Origin: Octopus sinensis
Lineage: Eukaryota
Assembly (NCBI RefSeq): GCF_006345805.1
Contig: NW_021833810.1
Coordinates: forward strand, 1-54,550
DNA length: 54,550 nt
Direction: 5' to 3'
The notes beneath the pieces were generated by a model. The model did no database searches. It was not told where the DNA came from and was given only the letters and a program-made list of their open reading frames with translations. The translations under genes and the position numbers were made by a program. Shown here piece by piece: positions 23,898-37,230 of the stretch. The number at the start of each line of letters is the position of its first letter. Position 1 is the stretch's first letter.

Positions 23898-25446
23898 CTA
23901 GCAGTATCGCCCGGCGTTGCTCGGGTTGTAAGGGAAATAACTATATAAGCATTTTTAGAGAGATATAGCCAAAAAATGCATTAAAAATTGAAAGAAAATT
24001 AAGGTAAATATTTTTTAAATCGTTGACACATCGTAGATATTTTTAGAGAGTTACTTCCCTTATATAAAAGCGAAAAAATGCATTAAAATGGAAAAATATG
24101 ATGGTAAATTTTTTTTAAATCGTAGACTCATCGTAGACGCACGCTAATACCCAGAAGGGCTCGATATGAATCACGACTATAAGATACCCGCTTTTGGTTA
24201 AACTGCACTTCAAAATGTGGGAGTAGTTAGGAATCTAAATCGTAGGAGACAGACACACAACTTCACTCTTATATAAAGATGCTTTTTTTTTTCAGTCATA
24301 GAGTTAGATTTATGAAGGTCTTCAGTAGAAAATCCTTCGAATTCTGACTCGCTGCTTGATATAATGAAATTCGTATCCATTTTTTGTCAGAATTAAAAAT
24401 TTTGAAAACACAATAGGAACAAATTTCGGAAAAAAAATCTCCCATAATTCACGGAATTAAAATTACACTTCGATTTTTGTACAAAACTGTAGTTGAAGTG
24501 TTTACGAAGTATAATACGTGTTTTCACGAATGTACTAAAGAGATTTGCTCTGATATTCTCATTTAAATATGAATAGGTAAATTCGGGCGGCTTGGTAACT
24601 ATATATAAGTGTCGTCTGTTTATACATAAACACTGTTTCATACTGCAATTATATATACATATATCTATATATAATATTATATAATAAAATATATACAGAG
24701 TAAAATAAAAACCAATTTACCTTTTCTGTCCTCCGTGTGTCTTTGCAAATGTGTTGGAATGATAAGTGAGTTGTGTTTTTGCGCCTTTTTTACTAATAAA
24801 AACACACACGTGTTTGTATGTAGTTGTATGTGTATGTAGTTGTATGTAGTTGTATATGTATGTGTATGCGTGTGTGTGAGGAATGACACACACACACTCA
24901 CGCACGCACACATGTACATCAATGCTTTCGGAGTGATATGTTAAAATATTGAGTTTTCTCGAATTTTGTCTTAATTGGGGGTGAAATTGAAAGAAATATA
25001 TTATGGCATGAGCGAATGGAGTACTTTGAAAAATCTTAGGTAAATTCTAATTGAAGAAGTTGTGTGAGGATTAAATGGTTATGTATTTATTTGTTTCTGT
25101 TTGCTGTGTTTTTTTATTTTTTGAGTAGTGGTTTAAACACTTTCAGTTTAGTCTTCCTCAAATCACTCTGTCGCTATTTACTTTCATTTTATTCGTTGCC
25201 CACTGTGTGTGTGCGTTTGCGTGTGGTGTAAACCAGACTAAGAAAAGCATTTGACACACACACCAGAATGTGAGTTTTCTGTAAATTTTGCTTAATTGGA
25301 GTTTAAATTTTAAAAACTGGACCTGGCATGACGCGATGCATTGTACTCTTAAAAATGCCAGGTAAATTGTAATTGAAGAAATCCTATATTGTAGATTTGT
25401 ATAACTCCCAAAGGGAGGCAGATAAAATCTGCCTTTTATAATAAGA
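23898..25446 (-). mobile_element. Non-autonomous Helitron (copy 2) with ~0.5 kb extra internal sequence
   Basis: A|TC...CTAG|T termini; aligns with 14385-15555 except for ~24655-25140. Confidence 0.8.
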
Positions 25447-25639
25447 TATATATATATATATATATATATAATTGCAGCGTGGAAGGTGTTTATAAGCCAT
25501 TTAAGAAACACACAAAAGCCGTTCGATTAACTTCAACATTTAAGTTTAATTTGTCAAAATATTTTCGTCGCTAAAATCCGCGACCTGTTCACTGACATAA
25601 ATCCGTGCTGCATCTGAGAAAGTAACAGTTAGTTCGTCA

Positions 25640-26520
25640 TATATATGTACGTATGTATGTGTGTATGTATGTATACATGTGTGTATGTATGTATGTATGC
25701 ATGTACGTACATACGCCTGTGTATGCATGTATGTATGTATGTATGTATGTATGTATGTACATACGCCTGTGTATGCATGTATGTATGTATGCATGTACGT
25801 ACATACGCCTGTATATGCATGTATGTATGTATGTATGTATGTATGTATGTATGTATGTATGTATGTATATATGCATGTGTGTGTATATGCACGCACATAC
25901 ACACTATAAACATAAAGCTATAAAGCTGTAGCGATGATTAGATGTAGAGTGACCACTCATCACAATAATATCAAATTTCAACTCCCCCCCCGCCGAAGCC
26001 AGGAAGTGATTTATGACCCTTACTCCCAAAACTATACCCTAAAACCTATTATCAGATATTTATCTCTATATCACAGAACTTTTGTTTTACTATTGTGCGT
26101 ATGTATGTATGTATGTGCGTATGTATGTATGTATGTATGTATGTATGTATGTATGTATGCATGTGCCCATGTGTGTATGTACATACGTACGCATGTGCGT
26201 ATGTATGTATACGCGCACGTATGCATGTGCCCATGTATGTGTGTGCGTATGTACGTGTGCATGCCCATACGTAGGTATGTATGTATGTACTCATGTGCTA
26301 CGTATGTATGTGAGTGTCTAGGAGAATGGGCATACGTACACATACACATACACATGTACACACTCTCACATACACGTCTGCCCATTCTCCTAGACACTCA
26401 CATACATACGTAGCACATGAGTACATACATACATACATACATACATACGTATGGGCATACACACGTACATACGCACACACATACATGGGCACATGCATAC
26501 GTGCGCGTATACATGCATAC
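25640..26520. repeat. (ATGT)n/(CATA)n compound microsatellite field
   Basis: Direct reading. Confidence 0.9.
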
Positions 26521-26689
26521 ATTAAAATGTATACGCTAACGTCCTTTATTATTATTGTATAGCTTTTTTGTGCATTTTGTTTGCAGAAAATAAAGAAATA
26601 ACAGTAATAATGTCAGTGAAAAATAAATATTAAGTAAACTGCTTTTACATATTTATCACTATCAGTTACAAAAGCAAAAGCAAAAACAT

Positions 26690-27309
26690 TTATTCAAATC
26701 CTTCGAATTCAACGTCACTTTCAGCATCAAATAACTGTTCCGTTTGTTCCCCCGTAAGCATGTCAGCATCATTGTAGTGTAAATCTCCGTCATCGTCAGA
26801 TTCATAGTCAACATCCGAAGATTCACTTTCATTTATTTCATCTTTCCATTCAACGTCATCCAGAGTACCAATACAAACAGCAGGATGAACTATTATGCAC
26901 AATTCGTGAGGAAATTAAGCCAGCAGCACTTAGTCAAACAGACACTTCCACGCATGCGTAATACAATTATGGTGATGTTCTTAACTGTTATATGGGAATG
27001 TAAATATGTATGCAAATTGTTTTTGTTACATGTTATTCTGTGTTCTGAATACTTTTATTTTAATAAATGCTGCTTACTGCAAGTTATGGATGATTCTTTT
27101 ATGACTTCATTGCTTTCAGGCTTAGCTTAAGGTATTTTCCAACCCGACATCACAAAATGTGTCTGAATAAACATTGCCGGACAGCAAATAGAGACTCGGA
27201 CATTGCTTAGAAAATATTTTTCATTTTTAACCTCGTATATAGTACGCACTAGGGATTTTGACCTTTAAATTTTGGGGGGAAAATGCGGATTATACTCGAG
27301 GATTTACGG
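26690..27309 (-). mobile_element. Internally deleted pogo/Tc2-like DNA transposon relic
   Basis: End CCGTAAATCCTCGAGTATAATCCGC next to TA (27310-11); acidic tail ...DAESDVEFEGFE*. The other end is not seen. Confidence 0.4.
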
Positions 27310-27750
27310 TATATATAAGATCAACGTTTAATCCCGAGCAATAGGATTATAACCCAATTTCCCCGATTCTGTGACATATATTGTTGGTTTGTTTATATCC
27401 CCGTAATTTTGTGGTTCCGCAGAAGTGACCTATAGAATAAGTATCGCGCTTTAAAAAACAGAAATCATGGGATAGATCCATTCGACTAAAGCCTTTCAAA
27501 TTGGTGTTCCAGTATGACCGCAGTCCAGTGATAACAAAATGCAAAAGATAAAGCCGAAGACAATCCGTATTTATATAATCATTAATTATATTTATCACAA
27601 TGTCTACATTATTTATTATTGAGTATAACACATTGAAACAAAGCAAATATTTTAATAATTCCAATAAAATAGATTATTTTTCATCAGATATTTGTTTACA
27701 ATCTCTTGTAAATAATGTTACGAACCCTTACTTAAAAGACATTAAATAAC

Positions 27751-27857
27751 TCAAAAATTTAAATTGATTCCCTGGTCAATGAGCTGTGATTGGATGCAAG
27801 CATCTATTCTCTCGCTTTGTTCTACAGTTAACCACTTTTTCCAAGTCGCAATTTGAC
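27751..27857 (-). CDS. Sulfotransferase exon 5 (GQIATWKKWLTVEQSERIDACIQSQLIDQGINLNF*)
   Basis: Long polypyrimidine tract plus AG; 107 nt ending in TGA. WK.W.TV.Q.E..D matches the SULT C-terminus. The five exons sum to 897 nt = 298 aa + stop. Confidence 0.9.
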
Positions 27858-28474
27858 CTAAAAAAAAATTATTAAAAATTCTATTATGAATTCAATTCTA
27901 GCATTTATCACAGTAAAGAATGCTAAAAACAGCAGATTATCAAACATATTCAAATTTGGTATATAGTTATGTCCCTTTGTATTTCTATTTTAAATTTTGT
28001 GGTGCAATAAAACAAATAGTCATAACATACTGAGATCTATCCATCTTCTTTACAGACTTCTGGTTTTATGCAAATGTGCAAAATTAACATTTTGTTAAAG
28101 TAGGTGCCTTATACCAAAAGGTGATCTGTCGACATGTCCCAGAACATTATGTGACTTCAATACTTTGTTGAAGGCGTTTCACGTTATTTAAATTACAAAT
28201 AATTTTATATACATGGGGCAGGAGCAAAAGCGGTAACTGGAGCAAAATGAGTAATTTCTGATTTCTCGTTATTTTTTCCCTACCGTTTTGATGCCATTAC
28301 ATTGTAAGTATTTCATCATCATTTTGTACTGTTGCATCATCTTTGGGGGTAAAAATTGGTCAGTATAGTTGTTCCTGTTGAAGTTGAAGAAGTTTGAAAC
28401 ATAGGTACTTCTTTTCCAGAAATGTTTCCTCAAAGTTGATCCGATTGTGATAGAGTTGCTAATAAAATATCAAG

Positions 28475-28855
28475 TGGAGGCGCAATAGCCCAGTGGTTAG
28501 GGCAGCGGACTCGCAGTCGTAGGATCGCGGTTTCGATTCCCAGACCGGGCGTTGTGAGTGTTTATTGAGCGAAAGCACCTAAAGCTCCACGAGTCTCCGG
28601 CAGGGGATGGTGGTGATCCCTGCTGTACTCTTTCACCACAACTTTCTCTCACTCTTACTTCCTGTTTCTGTTGTACCTGTATTTCAAAGGGCCGGTCTTG
28701 TCACTCTCTGTGTCACGCTGAATATCCCCGAGAACTACGTTAATGGTACACGTGTCTGTGGAGTGCTCAGCCACTTATACGTTAATTTCACGAGCAGGCT
28801 GTTCCGTTGATTTGGATCAACCGGAACCCTCATCGTCGTAACCGACGGAGTGCTT
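28475..28855 (+). mobile_element. SINE C in sulfotransferase intron 4 (antisense to the gene)
   Basis: Full-length match to 11115-11495; no TSD found. Confidence 0.9.
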
Positions 28856-28972
28856 CGATCCCATTAGTTATTTAGCTTTACTTATAGATTTAATGTCCGT
28901 GGAAACTGCACTAACATCACACCTTCATTTTGTTATTCCTCTTAAACATACTGATATCAACTGTAAACATAC

Positions 28973-29150
28973 CATTGTGATAAAAAGATCCATTGTCCCG
29001 GAACAATTCTTTTGTAAAGTTGGAACTCTCGGTACTTTTTTCGGATGTCATCTTCTCAAACGAACACATGTCAATGATGTTTTCAGCTAGTTGGTTGCTA
29101 ATAGACTTCCCGAGCAACTTGGCAATGCGAGACACTACTTCAAAGGGAAC
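28973..29150 (-). CDS. Sulfotransferase exon 4 (VPFEVVSRIAKLLGK...CSFEKM...SFYHN)
   Basis: Acceptor taacag, donor gtatgt; 178 nt, phase 0 to 1. I..FLG and SF..M motifs of SULTs are present. Confidence 0.92.
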
Positions 29151-29314
29151 CTGTTATAAGAAATACAATAAAAAAATTAAACAGACTATTTTGATAATTG
29201 CTCTTAACTATCATTATGAAATATGCGTGTGATATACGAATAACTCATTTATATTAAAGAAAATATTTCTAAACTGTAGAAAGTATTGCTGTTTAATTTA
29301 ATAGCTATTACTGG

Positions 29315-29727
29315 TATACTCTTTTACTCTTTTACTTGTTTCAGTCATTTGACTGCGGCCATGCTGGAGCACCGCCTTTTAGTCGAGCAAATCGACCCCG
29401 GGACTTATTCTTTGTAAGCCCAGTACTTATTCTATCGGTCTCTTTTGCCGAACCGCTAAGTGACGGGGACGTAAACACACCAGCATCGGTTGTCAAGCAA
29501 TTCTAGGGGGACAAACACAGACACACAAACACATAAATGCATATACATATATATACATATATACGACAGGCTTCTTTCAGTTTCCGTCTACCAAATCCAC
29601 TCACAAGGCATTGGTCGGCCCGGGGCTATAGTAGAAGACACTTGCCCAAGGTGCCACGCAGTGGGACTGAACCCGGAACCATGTGGTTGGTTAGCAAGCT
29701 ACTTACCACACAGCCACTCCTGCGCCT
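29315..29727 (-). mobile_element. SINE A, full length, in intron 3
   Basis: Match to family A. Confidence 0.85.
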
Positions 29728-30252
29728 ATATGTACGTATTTAACGTATACTATGTATAAGCTGGTGTTTAGAAAGATAAGTAACAACAATGCTCCACAAA
29801 CCCTAATCTGGGTGATGTATCCTTCCCCTGACTTTTTCGTTCCTACAACTCTTTCTACTCTTATTCTCTAACGGATTATGTACCAATTTCTTCACCTACA
29901 TCTCACTTCCCTTTACTGTAATCATGCCCAACACAAAACACATCTTTCCCAAAATGTTCCGGCCTAAATTTTGTTCCCGATAGACATCGAGCTGTAACTA
30001 TATCCAATTGAACCTCGAAAGTATGGTATAACCTTTCAAAGGTAACTTGTTACGAGTAGAAACACTTCCTGTAAAGTGACAGTAGATGTTGGATATGAAA
30101 TATTTTCCGGCAATAAAGTGAAAAGCTGTCCCATATATGGTAAGAATGTGATTTTGCCTTGATAAATCCACTGTGATAGTGAGACGCATCATTTGTAGCA
30201 ACTGTGAGGGCTCTAAATCTGTGCTATTAATGATGTGGTAACGACACTGTGC

Positions 30253-30512
30253 GTGGAGGCGCATGGCTTAGTGGCTAGGGTGTCAGCATCATGAGCGTAA
30301 GATTTTGGTTTCGATTCCTGGACCGGGCGACGCCTTATGTTCTTGAGCAAAACACTTCATTTCACGTTGCTCCAGTCAACTCAGCTGGCAAAAATGAGTC
30401 ACGCTGCGATGGACTGGCGTCCCGTCCAGCTGGGGAACACATACGCCATTGAAACCGGGAAACCGGGCCCATGAGCCTGGCTAGACTTTAAAAGGGCGCA
30501 TTTATTTATATT
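30253..30512 (+). mobile_element. SINE family D
   Basis: A/B boxes; 14-bp TSD taacgaca(c/t)tgtgc (30239-30252 and 30513-30526). Confidence 0.9.
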
Positions 30513-31024
30513 TAACGACATTGTGCCTGATGGGTTGTTAGTAAGGTAATGACCAGTCCCAAACCCTTTTTTCTTGATCTGTTATGGCTCCATTTTACAG
30601 AGATTTTAGCTCTCGGGCTTTAAAAGGAACGGTTCGTATCTCATCTAGTGTCCAATCAACAACCACAAATATTGGTGCGAGTAGTAGTACTACAAATACA
30701 TTGTGTGCTGTTCATTGCTTGTTTTCTGCGAGTTCTGAGGCCTATGCTTTTGATCACTGTGTAATGTTTTTGGTTATGAGTTCTCTGTTACAAGTATCAT
30801 CATAGGTTATATTTTCCTCCTGTTTATGAATGAGAAGCGTCAAGCGCAGAATAAACAAGATATCATAAAGCCATTGAGAGCGATGTTGCTAAAGTATTTT
30901 CTTTGCATATGCTTATTTATATATGCGTTTATATAGGCATGTATGGTTGTGTATGTCATTATGTAAGTGTATGTTTGCTTATTTGTACATATGTACATAT
31001 GTATGTATGTACGCATACATCATA

Positions 31025-31286
31025 AAAATAAAAATAAATGCGCCCTTTTAGAACCTAGCCAAGCTCATGGGCCCGGTTTCCCGGTTTCAATGGCGTATGT
31101 GTTCCCCAGCTGGACGGGACGCCAGTCCATCGCAGCGTGACTCATTTTTGCCAGCTGAGTGAACTGGAGCAACGTGAAACGAGGTGTTTTGCTCAAGAAC
31201 AAAACGCATCGCCCGGTCCAGGAATCGAAACCACAATCTTACGATCATTATGCTGACACCCTAACCACTAAACCACGCGCCTCCAA
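31025..31286 (-). mobile_element. SINE family D, inverted relative to 30253-30512
   Basis: 14-bp TSD acgcatacatcata (31011-31024 and 31287-31300). Confidence 0.9.
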
Positions 31287-31501
31287 ACGCATACATCATA
31301 GCAGAAGAAATTAGAATTTCAGAGCTCGTAATCTTTGTTATCTAATAAATATTATCTGCTTTAACTACATATAAAAATGAATATAATCCTTGATACTACG
31401 AGTATGTTCGGGTTGGTCTAAGAACCAATAAGTTTTATTTCATCGATGAATTTATTTCAGTCGATGAATGGCAAAATAACAGGTGACGTAAACATACTTA
31501 C

Positions 31502-31599
31502 CTTTTTCATTTCTTCATAAGTTATTACTATAGCATTTGGATTGTCTTTAATCAGGCGCCAAATTTCATGCGTGTATTCGAAAAATTGCCCGCCGACCA
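31502..31599 (-). CDS. Sulfotransferase exon 3 (VVGGQFFEYTHEIWRLIKDNPNAIVITYEEMKK)
   Basis: Found by manual translation; absent from the ORF track. Acceptor ttatag, donor gtaagt; 98 nt, phase 1 to 0. TYEEMK matches the SULT 'YEDMK' motif. Confidence 0.92.
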
Positions 31600-31984
31600 C
31601 TATAAAATTAGAGAGAAATTTCATACAAAGTATAACAAAAACTGCAAATTGATTTTAGAAATCAGCTATTTCTGAGTATATCGTACAAATATACATTATA
31701 AGTTCTTGTGTTTGTATATAAACGTGGGATGGTGGTGCATGTCTGAGGGTCTACCTGAGTTGAGCTAATCATTCTTATAATTCTTAATGTCTTGTCTCTC
31801 GGATAGTATACATTGCCTATATGAAGTCCTCGTTATCGCATAGCTCCACGATTATTGCCATTACTATTGTGCCCCATTTTGAATAATGTTCAGCCCTGCT
31901 GTGCTTGCTCAAATGCAACGTAAGGATATCTGTCACTATTTTAATACTGGGTGCAATATATACATATACATACATATATATATA

Positions 31985-32404
31985 TGCCCTCTACAAACCC
32001 ATTGTAGAAGATCTAATGTAATTTATAAACGCACCGACCTCAACACATTATACATTTCTACAGCTATATATATATGGGGTCAAGCATAAATTTTAAACAG
32101 CGATATGCCGTTCATCTCAATTCTTTTAGATACGAGAAACAAAGTAAATCCACAACACTCGCCAGTCGCACATCATCTCAAAAATAGAAATATTTCCTAC
32201 ACTTTGTCATGGTTCACAATAGATTCTGGGCTTCCATACCAAGGTCAACGCTTAGCCTGTAAGCTATGCTGCCTTAAAGAAGTATTCCATATATTAAAAC
32301 ACAACTCTTCAACACTACTAAACAAATATAATGAGACCCTAAGTACATGCAACCACCGCTTTTTTCATACCTTCAAATTTTACCACAAATCTAAAGCAAC
32401 CTAA
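31985..32404 (+). pseudogene. Penelope-like GIY-YIG endonuclease C-terminus in intron 2
   Basis: CPLQTHCRRSNVIYK...YMGSSINFKQRYAVHLNSFRYEK (frameshift) ...LSW...PY...CKLCCLKE..HI...LLNK.NE.LSTCNH. Confidence 0.8.
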
Positions 32405-32639
32405 ATAACGACACAGCATATATCTGCAAGACCCCGTAGGCAATCCCCAACAACCCTACTTATCTCCATCATAATATTTAATCTTTAATTAACTCCCCTA
32501 TCTTACTTTAAGGATCACAATCATTTAATACTACATATATGAACATACAAGCGGATATATGTGGGTGGGTGTAAATGTATGTACAGGTATTTTATGTGTG
32601 TATGTTTTTGTATGTGGATATATGTATGTATATACACAC

Positions 32640-32845
<206 letters not shown>

Positions 32846-32847
32846 AC

Positions 32848-33165
32848 CTTCTCCATTCATAAGCTTTTCCAAATAGTTTTCCAAAGTTCCTCGGTATCCA
32901 TATTCATCAAGTGCTGCCATGTGTCTGAAGTATGACACAAATGCAGCTTTAGGATTGCGAGTCAGATAAAGAATTTTGTGGTCTTTCAAAAGACCCTCGG
33001 GAATAATATCAGGAGGTAAATGCGTATGCAGTAAGCGAGGTGAATCAATGGCATCTAGCATTTCTGGTCTAGAAATTTCCAGCATATGGTCTTCTTTAAT
33101 TGTCGATATTCTTTCGCTTTTTTCTTTTAGTATCATATTCGTCATTTCAAACAACCAGTGGGAAC
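32848..33165 (-). CDS. Sulfotransferase exon 2 (GSHWLFEM...SPRLLHTHLP...RNPKAAFVSY...LMNGE)
   Basis: AG acceptor (tccag) and GT donor (gtaact); 318 nt, phase 1 to phase 1. Contains the SPR.L.THLP catalytic-His motif and the 3'-PB RNPK...VSY motif. Confidence 0.95.
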
Positions 33166-33401
33166 CTGGAAAATTAAATTGTCTTTACACAAAATATAAG
33201 AGTACAGGCGTATTTGTTGCTCAGCAAAGCAATATGCAAGTTAGTTTATAGTTAATTTATTTACTTAACATTCAGCTAGTAGAACGACCAAAGTCATCAG
33301 TTTCCAAAACATATATATATATATATATATATATAGCGGAGTAAACACATAAATGTGAAACAAGGTGGAAAAAAGAGTACTCAAATACCAGTGGTAGAGT
33401 A

Positions 33402-33550
33402 ATATGCTTTATTTAAAGCAGCAGAAAATTCAACAAAGCCTGTTACTCTGAGTTTTCCGTTGCCGTTCATCGGACAGTTTTTGCAACAGCAACGGGAAAC
33501 TCGGAGTAACAGGTTTTGTTGAATTGTCAGCTGCTTTAAATAAAGTATAT
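33402..33550. repeat. Diverged palindrome: 66-bp arms, 17-nt loop, 7 substitutions, no indels, between (TA)n tracts
   Basis: Manual alignment of 33402-33467 with the reverse complement of 33485-33550. Confidence 0.9.
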
Positions 33551-34189
33551 ATATATATAAATATGCAGGGGCAAAATTTCGTCGTAAATCAAATATTTCT
33601 GTTACTATAAAACTAAACTATGAAATTCTCCAACACACACACACACACATTAACACACATTGAAGCGCGCGCGCCCAATGCAGCAGAAATCCATATGCAA
33701 ATCTATAATGAAATATAATGAATACCCAGATAGATCTGATCAGCTGATTTGGTTCCAGACGATATTATTGCTGACAGAATGCGTTAACCAGAAAATATAC
33801 GTTTAACGCCAACCACTAAATATAGTAGATTTCATGCTTGAACGAACTGCATAAACCATGTAAACTGCTGAAGGATTTGTAAAGTTCTAAGAAAGTACTC
33901 TGTAAAATAACACCACAAAACTCAGGATATGAAGCACCTGTAACAGTATCAAGGAAATCCAGGATTATACGAGATTTTGTAACAGAGCAGCATGAATCTT
34001 GTATTGCTTTTATTTATCGTTGAACGTGTAAGTTGAACGTATTAACTACAGATTTCTATTCAGTTACTCGAGTAAATCGACTGACGAAAATAAAATGGAA
34101 CCACTTTTTTGACAGCCTCAACTATGACATGACCCTTTTTTCTCTACTGCCGTGATTTCTTTCTACGCTGAATTTATTCACCAATGGAA

Positions 34190-34567
34190 GCACTCCGTCG
34201 GTTACGACGACGAGGGTTCCGGTTGATCCGACCAACGGAACAGCCTGCTCATGAAATTAACGTGTAAGTGGCTGAGCACTCCACAGACACGTGTACCCTT
34301 AACGTAGTTCTCGAGGAGATTCAGCGTGACACAGAGAGTGACAAGGCCGGCCTTTTGAAATACAGGTACAACAGAAACAGGAAGTAAGAGTGAGAGAAAG
34401 TTGTGGTGAAAGAGTACAGCAGGGATCACCACCATCCCTGCCGGAGCCTCGTGGAGCTTTAGGTGTTTTCGCTCATTAAACACTCACAACGCCCGGTTTG
34501 GGAATCGAAACCGCGATCCTACGACCGCGAGTCCGCTGCCCTAACCACTGGGCCATTGCGCCTCCAC
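34190..34567 (-). mobile_element. SINE C in intron 1 (sense to the gene)
   Basis: 11-bp TSD tattcaccaat (34175-34185 and 34568-34578). Confidence 0.9.
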
Positions 34568-34839
34568 TATTCACCAATAAAGAAATGCTAAAGGCCTACA
34601 GTTTGAACTTATAATATACTAAAGCATCATAAAGTCATCGCTATAGTTTTTTATACACAACTGATTCGGAGATAAAATTCTCAACGAGACCTTTTAGAGA
34701 AGTCTTTTCAAACATCTGAGTCACCGATAGCTTTTTAAAAAACTTTTATTATTTATCTATCTTCTTAAGGTGGCCAATTGGCAGAATCGTTAGCACGCCG
34801 TCAAAATGCTTAGTAGCATTTCGTCCGTCTTCACGTTCT

Positions 34840-36273
34840 GGTCACATTGGCATGCTGTGTAAATGCCGCTGGAAACAGCATACCACCGTTTTTTTTTTTT
34901 TGTTTTTCCTTGGAAGAACTTTAGGCCACATTTCCTAAACAGTGGACCATCAGGCAGCGATGGAGGTGCTAATCCATCTGGTTGGATGTGTGAGGAGCAT
35001 TTTGTGAAATTCTTTCAACACTTTGTGAGGAATGTGAAATGTTCAAAGCAGTCACTGTGCCTTCTCTTGCTGGACAATCACGATTCCCACCTTAGTATCG
35101 AGGGGCTGACTTATGCATCAGACAATGGCATCACCATGCTTTCTTTCCCACCTCACTGCACACACAGGTTACAGCCGTTGGACAAAGCGGTCTATGGACC
35201 ACTGAAGAAGTACACAAACACTGCCATTGATGACTGGCATATCAACCATCCTGGCCAGACCATGACCATTTATGACATTCCGTGTATTGTCAAAACTGCA
35301 TGGCCATTGACTGCAACTCCGACAAACATTCTTAGTGGCTTTTCTTCTACAGGAATATGCCCTTTTAATCGCAACATTTTCACAGACAGCGACTTTGCAC
35401 CAAGCTATGTCACTGACCGACCGGATCCTGCACTTTCAGCACCTGGGCCTTCAGCACCTGCAACACCTGGGCCTTCAAGCAACATAGCCACCAGTCCTTT
35501 TCTTTCACCCTTTCAAATCTGTCTACTACCCAAAGCAGGCCCTAGGAAAGAATCAACCAGAGGAAGAAAGAAACGTTGTTCTGAAATCCTCAGTGACTCG
35601 CCGGTTAAAAGAGCAATCATAGAAGAAAAGACAAAAAGTAAAAGTAAAAAGAAGACAAACATTGATAAAAGGAACGACAGGAAAGGGACTCAGTAAGGGC
35701 AGGTCAACGAAGGGAAAAGGTCCAACCTGTTAAGAAAAAAGTTCAAATTCAAGAAAGTGATACCTCTGATGAGGAAGAGTGGTATTGCTTAGTGTGTTGC
35801 GAGCCTTTTTCCAACAGCAAAGGAAGGGAAGTGTGGCTTCAATGCTCTGATTGTAAAGGTTGGGCTCACGAAGCATGCACACCAGGTCTGACAATATTCA
35901 CATGCCCAAATTGTGACTCTGATGATGATAGGTAATGAAACCGTAATAAAGGCCCTTGATCAAACCAACAAGCTTATATCATGTGTTTCTGTCTACTAAC
36001 ATGTATGTTCCAAGAAAATGCATTCATGTGTCAACATACCCCATTATATGTGTCAACTTGCCCCGGTATTGGGGCAAGTTGACACATTTAAGTGGTCTTA
36101 GAAAATGCACAAAATATAAATCCAGACAATGAGCAGATGAGATCTCTAGCTTTGTAAGTCTTCTGCTACGGTTGATTTATGCGTGTAATACAAGATGCAG
36201 TAGAATACATTAAATAGTATTGCTCTGTCAGTGAAAATGTAAAAAAATGTAGTCAACTAACCCCGGTCTCCCC
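34840..36273 (+). mobile_element. 5'-truncated pogo-type (DDE_1) transposon with C-terminal PHD finger
   Basis: LLLDNHDSH...FPPHCTHRLQPLD (DDE_1). After a frameshift, CLVC..CSDC.GWAHEAC..CPNC (C4HC3) ends at 35935. Terminus ...ccccggtctcccc-TA. Confidence 0.8.
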
Positions 36274-36491
36274 TACTTATTTCTTCGCCCCAGAGAAGTT
36301 GAAACGCACAGGTGACAACAGCGTGATTTGATCTCAGAACGCAAAGTCGGAAGAAATGCCGCTAAAAATTTTGTCCGATGTGCTAATGAATTTGCCAACT
36401 CAATAACAATCGCACCTAAATGTGCTAACGAGTTTGCCGTCAATTACAATCGCACCTGAAAACAAGTAAATCATTAGTTTTAAAACATTAC

Positions 36492-36687
36492 CTGTTCCTG
36501 GGTAACTGCATATTAAAACATCATCAGTTCGAATTGTGAGTGAATTTAATTTCCCTAAATTCTCCGCCACTACAGGTATAGGAATCATATTGTGACCCCG
36601 ATATTTATAAACGAAATATGATATTCCAGCTCTGTCATATACTTTAGTGAGTCCATCATTTACTGTTCCGACAGCTTTCTTATCCAT
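36492..36687 (-). CDS. Cytosolic sulfotransferase-fold gene, coding exon 1 (MDKKAVG...DDVLICSYPGT)
   Basis: ATG at 36687; 196 nt; ends in phase 1 at GT donor (gtaatg). DDVLICSYP matches the SULT N-terminal 'DD..I.TYPKSGT' region. Confidence 0.9.
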
Positions 36688-37182
36688 AATGTGTTTGTGT
36701 AGCTATTTGTAATATTAGTAAAACTGATTGCGGTTGATGTAGCAAATTCTAGTGGCAGCTGATTTGTGATATAAACAGTTTGCGCTGTTGGTTGTGGTAG
36801 TGGTGTTAGTGTTGACGATACTGTTTCCCAACGGGTGTGTATGCTTGTTACTGAGTTTTTTTCTGTTTCATAAAGAACTCCAATTGCCTAATATTCTGTT
36901 TACGTACAAAATATATATTCGTTTTATCTGCCTTTTTGTTGTGTGACTGTATAATAAAAATGACAGCTCGGACATCGATTATTAAACAGCATATGTTATT
37001 TATATGTCATTTATATTATGTAATATATTCACTGTAGAAGAATTGGTTGGTGTTGCGGCTGCAAGTAGTGTTATATCTTACAGACTCCCATTTGCATTTA
37101 TAGCGTCTAACATCCCCTCACCTCCAAAACTGCTGGTCATGTAAATATTAGCATTCTCCTTATCGGTAATGTGTGTCTGCGC

Positions 37183-37230
<48 letters not shown>

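Noticed and set aside
30075-30141. Plus-strand AG...GTAAG bounded open segment (DVGYEIFSGNKVKSCPIY)
   Set aside because: No recognisable homology and no partner exons on that strand.
37096-37103. TATAAAT on the minus strand and an Inr-like TCAGTT (36722-36727) upstream of the sulfotransferase ATG
   Set aside because: Short motifs expected by chance in AT-rich DNA; they are not correctly spaced relative to each other, and the TSS is unknown.
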